Made by a program: the position numbers and the translations under genes. The notes under the pieces are model-generated. The model was given only the letters and a program-made list of their open reading frames with translations, was not told the origin of the DNA and did not search any database. This document shows, piece after piece, positions 16,998 through 24,863 of a DNA stretch of 33,239 nt (the stretch's first letter is position 1; each line of letters begins with the position of its first letter). The DNA comes from Gordonia sp. (in: high G+C Gram-positive bacteria). Lineage in GTDB: Bacteria; Actinomycetota; Actinomycetes; Mycobacteriales; Mycobacteriaceae. The stretch spans positions 1-33,239 of the forward strand of contig NZ_JBAQWU010000312.1 in NCBI RefSeq assembly GCF_049299075.1, given 5' to 3'.

Positions 16998-17019
16998 CTA
17001 CCGAGCGATCGCTCGGTAG
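16998..17019. promoter_or_regulatory. Perfect 22-bp palindrome, probable TetR operator of the acyl-CoA dehydrogenase operon
   Basis: CTACCGAGCGA|TCGCTCGGTAG, directly before the GAGG RBS of the ACAD gene and downstream of a TetR gene. Confidence 0.75.
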
Positions 17020-17027
17020 TGAGGAAA

Positions 17028-18248
17028 ATGATGGCTGTCGACCTGTCCTACAGTCCCGAGGTTCAGGACCTCACCCAGCGCACCCGTGCCTTCATTGACG
17101 ACGTCGTGCTGCCCATCGAGAACGAGTACGCCGGCGACATCGTCGCGGCCGGTGGCGATGATCTGCGCCGCGAACTGAACGCCCAGGCGCGGGCCGCCGG
17201 CATCTTTGCCCCGCATGCGCCGGTCGAACTCGGTGGGCTCGGCCTGAACATGTCCGACCGTTCGCCGGTCTTCACCGCCGCCGGTCATTCCACCTTCGGT
17301 CCGGTGGCCCTGCATCTGGGTGCACCGGATGAGGGCAACGTCCACATGCTCAGTCATATCGCCAGTGCGGAGCAGAAAGATCGCTACCTGACGCCGCTGG
17401 CCAAAGGGGAGATTCGCAGCGCCTTCGCCATGACAGAGCCCGCGCCGGGTGCTGGAGCTGACCCTAATGCCTTGCGCACCAACGCTGTTCGCGTTGCGGG
17501 CGGCTGGAAGCTCAACGGCGTCAAGCGGTTCATCACCGGTGCCGACGGTGCTGGAATGTGGATCATCATGGCCCGGACGCATGGCGAGCCGGGTGATCGG
17601 GGCGGGGCCACGATGTTCCTCGCTCCGGGGGACGCGGCGGGCATCAGCGTCGACCGGTACGTGCACACCTACGACCGCGCGATGATCGGTGGCCACTGCG
17701 AGGTGACGCTGACCGACGTCTTTGTCCCCGACGAGGACGTGCTCGGTGAGGTGGACGAGGGCTACCGCTACGCGCAGGTCCGGCTCGGGCCGGCCCGCAT
17801 GACACATGTAATGCGGTGGATGGGCATCGCCGAGCGCGGCCACGAGATCGCGCTCGACTATGTGAGCGAGCGTGAGGGCTTCGGCGGAAAGCTCGGTGAC
17901 CTCGGCATGATCCAGCAGATGGTCGCCGACAACGAGATCGACCTCGCCGCGAGCCGGGCGCTGCTGACCCGCGCCTGCTACGAACTCGATCAGAGCGAGC
18001 ACGCGTCGAACTCGACGTCCATCGCAAAGACTTTTGGCGCCGAGGCATTCTCGCGGATCCTGGACCGCTGCATTCAGATGTGCGGCGGCCTTGGCGTCTC
18101 CGAGGATCTGCCGCTCGCGCGGCTGGCGAACGAGTTGCGGCCGTTCCGCATCTACGACGGCCCCTCCGAAGTGCACCGCTGGGCGCTGGCCAAGCGGGCC
18201 GTCGGGCGAGCCCGCAAGCAGCGCGAGGCAGGAGTGAAGCATGTCTGA
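17028..18248 (+). CDS. Acyl-CoA dehydrogenase (ACAD10/11, FadE2-like clade)
   Basis: APDEGNVHML, RSAFAMTEP, NGVKRFITGA, AQVRLGPARMTHVMRWMG, RIYDGPSEVH. Start ATG 17028 or 17031 after GAGGA. Confidence 0.93.
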   Translation: MMAVDLSYSPEVQDLTQRTRAFIDDVVLPIENEYAGDIVAAGGDDLRRELNAQARAAGIFAPHAPVELGGLGLNMSDRSPVFTAAGHSTFGPVALHLGAPDEGNVHMLSHIASAEQKDRYLTPLAKGEIRSAFAMTEPAPGAGADPNALRTNAVRVAGGWKLNGVKRFITGADGAGMWIIMARTHGEPGDRGGATMFLAPGDAAGISVDRYVHTYDRAMIGGHCEVTLTDVFVPDEDVLGEVDEGYRYAQVRLGPARMTHVMRWMGIAERGHEIALDYVSEREGFGGKLGDLGMIQQMVADNEIDLAASRALLTRACYELDQSEHASNSTSIAKTFGAEAFSRILDRCIQMCGGLGVSEDLPLARLANELRPFRIYDGPSEVHRWALAKRAVGRARKQREAGVKHV

Positions 18249-19359
18249 TCCGTCGACCCTTCGACAAGCTCAGGGAGCGTCGGAGGGGGCGAGCCTTCGA
18301 CAAGCTCAGGGAGCGTCGGAGGGGGAGTCGCAGGGAGCGTCGGAGGGGGAGCATCCGGGGTTGCGGGCTGGCGCGCTGCGCGCGCTGTTGGCCGCCAACG
18401 ACATCGAGGTCGCCGGCGACCTGGTCATCGAGCTCATCAGCGGTGGCCGCTCCAACCTGACCTTCTCGGTGCACGACGACGAGCACCGCTGGGTGGCCCG
18501 GCGTCCGCCGATGGCCGGTCTCACGCCGTCGGCGCACGACATGGAACGCGAATGGGCGGTGACTTCGGCGCTGATCGACACCCCGGTGCCGGTCGCCACG
18601 CCCGTCGCCATCGACCGGACCGGCGAGTTCATCGGTGCGCCGTGCACCGTTGTGGACTTCGTGGACGGCGACGTGATGCGCACGGTCGACGACCTCGTCG
18701 TATGGTCGGATACGGACGTGTCGGCGAACTTCGAGGCGTTGGTCGCCACGCTCGCGGACCTGCACGCGGTGGACTACCGCGCCGTCGGACTGGCCGAGTT
18801 CGGCCGGCCTGACGGATTCGCGGCGCGCCAGGTGAAGCTGTGGACTCGGCAATGGGGGCTGGTGAAGACGCGCGACCTGCCCGACGTCGAACGGCTGGCT
18901 GGCGCGCTGACCGAGCGGATCCCGGAAGCGGCGCGCTCGACGATCGTGCATGGTGACTACCGCGTCGACAACACCATCATCGCGCCCGGCGATCCCGCGC
19001 GCGTCGCGGCCGTCGTGGATTGGGAACTCTCCGCACTCGGTGACCCGCTTACCGACGTCGCCCTGATGTGTATCTATCGGGAACCGGTGTTCGCGGAGGT
19101 GATGGGCTTCGCCCCGGCGTGGACCAGCGACCGGTACCCGACCGCCGAGCAGATGGCGCAGCGATATGCGCAGGTGGCGGGCGTGGATCTCGGTGACTGG
19201 GGTTTCTACCTCGGACTGGCCAACCTGAAAATCGGCGTCATCGCCGAGGGCATCACGCATCGCGCCCTGCGCGGCGGATCGTCCGGCACCGCCGGTGCCG
19301 AACGCGCGGCCGGAGCCACCGCTGCCTTCATCGCGGCCGGACTGGAGGCACTGAAATGA
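18241..19359 (+). CDS. APH-family phosphotransferase (ACAD10/11 kinase-like)
   Basis: GGRSNLTF, RRPP..SAHDMERE, IVHGDYRVDN, VDWELSALGDPLTD; overlaps the ACAD stop; N-terminus carries repeat-derived residues. Confidence 0.92.
   Translation: MSDPSTLRQAQGASEGASLRQAQGASEGESQGASEGEHPGLRAGALRALLAANDIEVAGDLVIELISGGRSNLTFSVHDDEHRWVARRPPMAGLTPSAHDMEREWAVTSALIDTPVPVATPVAIDRTGEFIGAPCTVVDFVDGDVMRTVDDLVVWSDTDVSANFEALVATLADLHAVDYRAVGLAEFGRPDGFAARQVKLWTRQWGLVKTRDLPDVERLAGALTERIPEAARSTIVHGDYRVDNTIIAPGDPARVAAVVDWELSALGDPLTDVALMCIYREPVFAEVMGFAPAWTSDRYPTAEQMAQRYAQVAGVDLGDWGFYLGLANLKIGVIAEGITHRALRGGSSGTAGAERAAGATAAFIAAGLEALK
18257..18350 (+). repeat. REP-like tandem repeats within the kinase 5' coding region
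   Basis: CCTTCGACAAGCTCAGGGAGCGTCGGAGGGGG at 18258 and 18294 (36-nt period) plus a partial CAGGGAGCGTCGGAGGGGG at 18331. Confidence 0.9.
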
Positions 19360-20087
19360 CCCGCAAAGCAGCGTTGATCACCGGAGGGTCCCGGGGTATC
19401 GGAGCCGCGATCGCCGAGCGCCTGGCCGCGGCGGGCTGGGATCTGACGATCAGTGCACGTGGCGCTGAGACACTGGAGTCGACGGCGGCCCGGTTGCGTG
19501 CCGCTGGCGGACGCGTCGAGGTGGTGCCCGCCGACATGACCGACGAGGCGGCGATAGCCGGACTGATCGAGGCGCACACCACCGCCTACGGCCGTTGCGA
19601 TGCGCTGGTCGTGAACGCCGGCATGGGTGTCATGGGTTCGGTCGCCGACTTCCCCGTCCGCCGCTTCGACAAGCTGTACCAGGTGAACGTGCGCGCCCCG
19701 TTCCTGCTGATGCAAGGCATGTTGCCGACGTTGCGGGCCACTGCGGGTGATCGCGGCGCGGCCAAGGTGATCGCGATCTCGTCGATCACCGCGGTGTACC
19801 CGGAGCCGAACCTCACCGCGTACGGGGCGACCAAGGCCGCGCTGGCGTCGATGTGCGAAACCTTCAACCTGGAGGAGTCTGTCCGCGGGGTCTCGGCGAC
19901 GTCGATCTGCCCGGGATATGTGGATACCGACATGTCGGAGTGGACCAAGGGTGCGATCCCGGCCGACGAGATGATCGCTGGCGCGGATGTCGCCGCGATC
20001 GCGTACGCGGTGACCGAACTCGGCCGCTACGCGGTGCTGCCGCAGGCCGTACTCACCCGTCCCGGCGACAATCTGCATCGGGCCTGA
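19356..20087 (+). CDS. Short-chain dehydrogenase/reductase
   Basis: TGGSRGIG, VNAG, catalytic S..YGATK, ICPGYVDT; ATGA overlap with the upstream gene. Confidence 0.93.
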   Translation: MTRKAALITGGSRGIGAAIAERLAAAGWDLTISARGAETLESTAARLRAAGGRVEVVPADMTDEAAIAGLIEAHTTAYGRCDALVVNAGMGVMGSVADFPVRRFDKLYQVNVRAPFLLMQGMLPTLRATAGDRGAAKVIAISSITAVYPEPNLTAYGATKAALASMCETFNLEESVRGVSATSICPGYVDTDMSEWTKGAIPADEMIAGADVAAIAYAVTELGRYAVLPQAVLTRPGDNLHRA

Positions 20088-20090
20088 GTC

Positions 20091-20759
20091 ATGGGGGTCC
20101 TCTATCTGGTGCGCCACGGTCAGGCGCCGGCCCACGCGTACTCCACCGAACCGGTAGCCCCGGACGCAGCGCCGCTGACTGATCTGGGCTTCGCGCAGGC
20201 CCGGGCCACCGGTGCTGAGTTGGCGCGCCAGGTGGGCGGCTTCACCGCCACCATCAGCGGGGATTTGCCCCGCCAGCGGGCCACCCTCGGCGGCGTGCTG
20301 GAAGCCTTCGGTGGGAGCACCGAGCGTGTGGTCGACCCGGGGTGGGATGAGTACTCCATCCCGGCGCTGCCCGGGGGGCCGTCCGCCGTGATGTACGACA
20401 ATCCGACCAGCTACCAGCAACTCCTCGACGGCGCGCTGATCCGCTGGACGCAGGGGGGTGCCGACGAAGCCGAGACCTACCCCGAATACGTCGCCCGGAT
20501 GAGTGCGGCCGCGCAGCGCGCCGCCGCGCTGGCGGGTTCGGGCCAGACGGTGCTGGCGGTCTCGTCGGCCGGGACCATCACCGCGCTGGTTGCCCAGCTG
20601 TGGGGGGTGCCCGCGCAGTCGTGGCCGGCGCTGGCCCGAGCGATGGTGAACGCCTCGATCACCAAGGTGATCGTCGGCCGCCGCGGCCTCACCGTTGTCT
20701 CGGTGAACGAGCACGCCCACCTGTCGGCCACCGATGTCGGACTCGCGACGTTCCGCTGA
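20091..20759 (+). CDS. Histidine phosphatase family protein
   Basis: LYLVRHGQA, LTDLG..QA, RQRAT, WDE, VSSAGTI (second His replaced by Ser), NASIT, VNEHAHL. Confidence 0.88.
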   Translation: MGVLYLVRHGQAPAHAYSTEPVAPDAAPLTDLGFAQARATGAELARQVGGFTATISGDLPRQRATLGGVLEAFGGSTERVVDPGWDEYSIPALPGGPSAVMYDNPTSYQQLLDGALIRWTQGGADEAETYPEYVARMSAAAQRAAALAGSGQTVLAVSSAGTITALVAQLWGVPAQSWPALARAMVNASITKVIVGRRGLTVVSVNEHAHLSATDVGLATFR

Positions 20760-20843
20760 CGCCTGTCCCTACCGCAACGTCACAGAGCCGCCGACCGCTA
20801 TATAGCGATGTCGGTTCTGTGCGGTTACGTCTGGGACAGCGTC
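20758..20843. repeat. Long imperfect inverted repeat (terminator or REP/MITE-like)
   Basis: Nested arms GACG/CGTC, CTGTCCC/GGGACAG, CACAGAG/TTCTGTG and CCGAC/GTCGG around the perfect palindrome CGCTATATAGCG (20796-20807). Confidence 0.65.
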
Positions 20844-20859
20844 GGCGTACGGTCGGGGG

Positions 20860-21282
20860 ATGAGCCAATCGCCTGAACTCAGCCCCACCGACTGGGTCCG
20901 CGGCCAGACCGAGAAGATCCTGGCGACCGGAACCACCGATTCGGTCGGGATCGGTGGGATGAAGGTCGTGCTGTTCACCACGACGGGCGCGAAATCCGGC
21001 ACGAAGCGGTATGTCCCGCTGATGCGCGTCGAGCAGAACGGCGCGTACGCGATGGTCGCCTCCAAGGGGGGCGCGCCGGACAATCCGTCCTGGTACTACA
21101 ACGTGAAAGCGCACCCAGAGATCACCGTGCAGGACGGCGACGTCATCAGCGTGAAAAATGCCCGCGAAGTGCACGGGAATGAGCGCCGGCACTGGTGGGA
21201 GCTCGCCGTTGCGGCCTTCCCGAACTACGCGGAGTACCAGGAAAACACCGACCGGGAAATCCCGGTATTCGTCGTCGAATAG
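20860..21282 (+). CDS. Deazaflavin (F420)-dependent nitroreductase family protein (Ddn-like)
   Basis: LFTTTGAKSGTKRYVPL, VASKGGAPDNPSWYYNV.AHP, YAEYQENTDREIPVFV; TACGGT 6 nt before the ATG (leaderless). Confidence 0.93.
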   Translation: MSQSPELSPTDWVRGQTEKILATGTTDSVGIGGMKVVLFTTTGAKSGTKRYVPLMRVEQNGAYAMVASKGGAPDNPSWYYNVKAHPEITVQDGDVISVKNAREVHGNERRHWWELAVAAFPNYAEYQENTDREIPVFVVE

Positions 21283-21361
21283 TCGGCGCGGTGGGTGGCT
21301 GCGGGGGTCGTGTTCAGACTGTTTTCGGTGGTTGAGTGAGCTTGTGAGTCGAAACCCGATG

Positions 21362-21391
21362 TTGCTGCCGCCGCGGGTGTCTTGCTAGGTT
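21362..21391 (+). promoter_or_regulatory. SigA-type promoter for a leaderless transcript
   Basis: TTGCTG (21362-21367), 18-nt spacer, TGc-TAGGTT extended -10 (21386-21391), then 7 nt to ATG 21399. Confidence 0.65.
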
Positions 21392-21398
21392 GGCCGTT

Positions 21399-21500
21399 AT
21401 GACCGGCCAGCCGTACGCCATCCCGGAGGTCACCTATGTGATCTCGGCCCTGGGATGCCGCCTGCCGCTGGCCCGCGTCCTCTGTTGTCGAATGCGCTGA
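21399..21500 (+). CDS. Leaderless 33-aa Cys-containing leader peptide (putative cysteine-responsive attenuator); absent from the ORF track
   Basis: Translates as MTGQPYAIPEVTYVISALGCRLPLARVLCCRMR*. Tandem TGT TGT near the C-terminus, a -10 box at leaderless spacing, and location 93 nt upstream of an Rv0485-like ROK gene. Confidence 0.72.
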   Translation: MTGQPYAIPEVTYVISALGCRLPLARVLCCRMR

Positions 21501-21593
21501 ACCCAGCTTCCATCCCGTTCGCGGGGCATTCCGACATTTCTGCGACCTCCTCGGCTCTCGCCGGCGGCGCACTCAGCCTTGAGGACACCTCCC

Positions 21594-22862
21594 ATGACTT
21601 CCACTCTCGATCACCGCGCTATTCTTCGACAGACCGGGACCGTTCCGGTCGCCACTGTTCGAGCAGGTCAGGGGGTGAGGAAGCTGCGTAACACCGTTCC
21701 GTACGCGGGCGTGGCCAGCCTGCAGCTCTCCACCAGGGCCGCCGCGCTGGTGCTGCGCACCGCGCGCGTCTCCGGTCCGGTTTTCCGCGACGACGCCGCC
21801 GCCCTCACCGGCCTGTCTATCTCGACGGTCAACCGCCAGGTCAGTGCGCTGCTGAAGGCGGGGCTGATCCGGGAGCGCGCCGACCTGACCCCGCCGGGCG
21901 CCGTCGGCCGCCCGCGCGTCCCATTCGAGATCAACACCGGCGATTTTTTGACCGTCGGCATTCACATCGGTTTTGCGGCGACGTCGATCACCACGCACGA
22001 CCTGCAGCACCGCGTCGTCGGCGCCATCAACATTCCAACCCCGCAGGCCGCGACGCCGGAAGAAGTGGTCACCGCGATCGGACAGAGCGCCCGGCGTTTC
22101 GCCGACCGCTGGGTGGGCAAGCGTCTGCTCTGGGGTGGCGTCGCGATGGGCGGCCGCGTCTCCGGTAAGGGCGTCGTCGATCATCCGCGGCTGGGCTGGG
22201 AAGGTGTACGGGTCGGCGAGCTGATCGGGCAGTCCCTCGGTCTGCCGGTGTCGGTGGCCTCACACGTAGAAGCGATGGCCGCTGCCGAACTAGTGGTGAA
22301 CCCGGCCGATTCCAGTCAGAATTTCCTGTACTTCTACGCTCGGGAAATGGCCGGCATCGCGTTCAGCGTCGACGGAACCGTGCACACCCCGGCGGCCGGC
22401 CCGCCGACCATCGGGCATTTCCCGACCGGCGAGACGCGGCTGCTGGACCCGGACAAAACTGGCCGTCTGGAAGAAGCCGTCGGCGACTCCGGCGTGCTGC
22501 GCGCGGCCGCGGCCGCGGGACTTCAGATCGACACCCTCGAAGGTCTGCGCAATGCCGCCCGGACGGGCAATACCGTCGCGCACGATATCCTCGCCGAACG
22601 CGCCGAGATCCTCGGCCGCACCGTCGCGCTGATCTCGGATATCTTCAACCCCGATCACGTGGTGCTCGGTGGGCAGGCCTTCACCGATTACCCCGAAGCG
22701 CTGCCGGTGGTGTCCAAGGCGCTGCGTGCGACGTCGGTGATCACCAACCGCGATGTGCGCGTCGCTCGCTCGGCGATCACGGTGCAGCAGAAGGCCGCCG
22801 GCGCCGTTGCCCTCGACGCCATCTACGCGGACCCGCTTGAAGCCCTCACCCACACCAGCTAG
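21594..22862 (+). CDS. ROK (NagC/XylR-type) family transcriptional regulator, Rv0485-like
   Basis: HTH LTGLSISTVNRQVSALLKAGLIRE, GRPRVP, GIHIG, DHPRLGW, PVSVASHVEAMAAAE, FNPDHVVLGGQAFT; GAGGA RBS before ATG 21594. Confidence 0.9.
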   Translation: MTSTLDHRAILRQTGTVPVATVRAGQGVRKLRNTVPYAGVASLQLSTRAAALVLRTARVSGPVFRDDAAALTGLSISTVNRQVSALLKAGLIRERADLTPPGAVGRPRVPFEINTGDFLTVGIHIGFAATSITTHDLQHRVVGAINIPTPQAATPEEVVTAIGQSARRFADRWVGKRLLWGGVAMGGRVSGKGVVDHPRLGWEGVRVGELIGQSLGLPVSVASHVEAMAAAELVVNPADSSQNFLYFYAREMAGIAFSVDGTVHTPAAGPPTIGHFPTGETRLLDPDKTGRLEEAVGDSGVLRAAAAAGLQIDTLEGLRNAARTGNTVAHDILAERAEILGRTVALISDIFNPDHVVLGGQAFTDYPEALPVVSKALRATSVITNRDVRVARSAITVQQKAAGAVALDAIYADPLEALTHTS

Positions 22863-22883
22863 CCGCTAACGCCCCGCTCGTTA

Positions 22884-22934
22884 CTTGACGCCGCCGTCAG
22901 GTGCCATTTTCTGGCACCAGACGGCGGCGTTAAG
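22884..22934. terminator. Hairpin between convergent genes, same family as 2800-2844
   Basis: CTTGACGCCGCCGTC pairs with GACGGCGGCGTTAAG (one G-U), with an inner GGTGCCA/TGGCACC stem. Confidence 0.72.
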
Positions 22935-22954
22935 GAGTGCCGGGCACCAGGGGG

Positions 22955-23797
22955 CTAGTCGGAGGTGCGCTTGTAATAGGCGTGCAGGGCGAACGGGGCG
23001 AAGACGAAGGTCAGCGCCACCGACCAGAGCACCGTGGAGAGCACCGGATGTTGCAGCGGTAGCGCCGCCCCGGGTCCGGCCGCCGGGCCGTTGCCCCACA
23101 GCACCCGCAGCGCCTGCACCAGCGACGAGATCGGATTCCACTCGGCGATCGTCCGTAACCACGGAGCCATCGGCGCGGTCGGCACAAAGGCGTTCGACAG
23201 AAAAGTCAGCGGGAAGATGGTGGTGAACATGACGCCGTTCACCGACTCCACTGACCGCAGTTTGCTACCGATGAGCACGCCGAACCAGATCAGTGCGAAG
23301 CCGAACAGGACGAGCAGCATGAATCCCAGGGCTGCCTCGGGTACGGTGCCGTGGATCCGCCATCCGATCGCCAGGCCGGTGAGGGCCATGACGACGATGC
23401 CGATCATCGAGTGCAGCACTGCGGCGATGGAGCGGCCAAACAGATACGAGGACCGCGAGATCGGGAGCGATCGGAACCGGTCGACGATGCCCTTGTCTAC
23501 GTCGGCTGTGATGCCGGTGGCGACGACGAATGCGGTGAAGGCGATCGTCTGACCCATGATGCCGGGCAGCAGATACTCACGGTAGTTCCCGCCGCCGGGC
23601 ACTGGAATGGCGGCGCCGAAGACGAAGGCGAACAGGACCACGAACATGATCGGCTGGATGGTCACGTCCGCAAGCATCTCGGGCATTCGGCGCGTGTGAA
23701 GCGCGCTGCGTTTGACCATGATCATGGTTTGCCGCCACTGGCCGGGAGGCGTCACGGTGACGGGGATGGGCGTCCGGGTGCGGGCGGGGGCGGTCAT
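22955..23797 (-). CDS. ABC-2 type exporter permease (DrrB-like)
   Basis: QPIMFVVLFAFVFG, YLLPGI, GIVDRFRSLPI, FLSNAFVP..M..WL...AEWNPIS; about six hydrophobic segments. Confidence 0.92.
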   Translation of the reverse strand: MTAPARTRTPIPVTVTPPGQWRQTMIMVKRSALHTRRMPEMLADVTIQPIMFVVLFAFVFGAAIPVPGGGNYREYLLPGIMGQTIAFTAFVVATGITADVDKGIVDRFRSLPISRSSYLFGRSIAAVLHSMIGIVVMALTGLAIGWRIHGTVPEAALGFMLLVLFGFALIWFGVLIGSKLRSVESVNGVMFTTIFPLTFLSNAFVPTAPMAPWLRTIAEWNPISSLVQALRVLWGNGPAAGPGAALPLQHPVLSTVLWSVALTFVFAPFALHAYYKRTSD

Positions 23798-24774
23798 TTC
23801 TGATCCTCTTTGGTCTCGTCGGACGTGGTGCGACGACCTGTCAGCGACAGGAAGACGTCGTCGAGGCTGGGGCGGGAGAGGCTGAGGTCGTCGACGGCGA
23901 CGCCGGACTCGTCGAGCAGCTGCGCGACTCGGGTGAGGTCGGCCAGCCCACCGGCCGGAATGGTCAGCGAGCGCGAGCCTTCGTCGAGGAAGACCTCACT
24001 GGCGGCGCCGGACACGAGGGCGTATGCGGCGGCGAGGTCGGCGGCACTGGTGAGGGTTGCGACGACGCTCGCCGATCCAGCCTGATCCTTCAGCTGGAGC
24101 GGGGTGCCTTCGGCGATGATCTTGCCCTGATCGATCACCACGATCTGATCGGCCAGCTGATCGGCCTCTTCGAGGTACTGCGTGGTGAGGACCAAGGTGG
24201 TACCGCGTTTGACGAGATCGCGCAGGACGTCCCAGAGCTCGTTGCGGCTGTGCGGATCCAGTCCGGTTGTCGGTTCGTCGAGGAACAAGACGGGCGGTTC
24301 GCTGAGGAGGCTGACCGCGAGGTCGATGCGGCGGCGCATACCGCCGGAGTAGTCGCGGACCACTTTGTCGCCGGCCTCGGTCAGCGAGAACTGGGCGAGC
24401 AGCTCCTCGCTGCGGGCGCGCAGGGCCTTGCGGCCGATGCCGTAGAGGCCGCCGATCATGTGGAGATTCTCCCGGCCGGTGAGAACCTCGTCGACGGTGG
24501 CGGCCTGTCCGGTCAGGCCCATATTTCGGCGCACCATCGCGGCCTCGTCCCGCACGTCGTATCCGGCGATCCGCGCGGTGCCGGAGGTGGGTACTGAGAG
24601 TGTGGTCATCATCCGGACGGTGGTCGTCTTTCCCGCTCCGTTCGGGCCGAGCATGCCCAGAACAGTGCCCGCGGGAACGGCGAAGCTGATGCCGTCGACG
24701 GCAGTAAAGTCGCCGAACTTCTTGACCAGCTCAACAGCTTCGACGGCGTAGGGCGAGTGGCGGGACGAGTTCAT
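23794..24774 (-). CDS. ABC exporter ATP-binding protein (DrrA-like)
   Basis: Walker A GPNGAGKT, signature YSGGMRRR, Walker B LFLDEPTTGLD, LTTQYLEEAD, SLDDVFL.LTG; TACCCT 6 nt before ATG 24774 (leaderless). Confidence 0.95.
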   Translation of the reverse strand: MNSSRHSPYAVEAVELVKKFGDFTAVDGISFAVPAGTVLGMLGPNGAGKTTTVRMMTTLSVPTSGTARIAGYDVRDEAAMVRRNMGLTGQAATVDEVLTGRENLHMIGGLYGIGRKALRARSEELLAQFSLTEAGDKVVRDYSGGMRRRIDLAVSLLSEPPVLFLDEPTTGLDPHSRNELWDVLRDLVKRGTTLVLTTQYLEEADQLADQIVVIDQGKIIAEGTPLQLKDQAGSASVVATLTSAADLAAAYALVSGAASEVFLDEGSRSLTIPAGGLADLTRVAQLLDESGVAVDDLSLSRPSLDDVFLSLTGRRTTSDETKEDQK

Positions 24775-24863
24775 CGCACCAGGGTAACGACGGACTCCGA
24801 CATGGTGCACATGAATTTCGCTCGCGGACAGCCGGTAGCGTGTGATCAGGACTGGTGAGCGTC

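Noticed and set aside
18257..18350. Possible mini-CRISPR array (36-nt periodicity)
   Set aside because: The repeats are nearly head-to-tail with only 4-5 nt between them, there are no unique spacers and no cas genes, and they lie in a coding frame.
21283..21593. Riboswitch (e.g. SAM-IV) or tRNA in the long spacer before the ROK gene
   Set aside because: I could not identify the conserved cores of these RNAs, and the leaderless Cys-peptide ORF explains the region better. An Rfam scan would settle it.
22955..24774. DrrAB-like exporter as a marker of an antibiotic biosynthetic cluster
   Set aside because: No PKS, NRPS, RiPP or glycosyltransferase genes are nearby, and such exporters are common stand-alone genes in actinobacteria.
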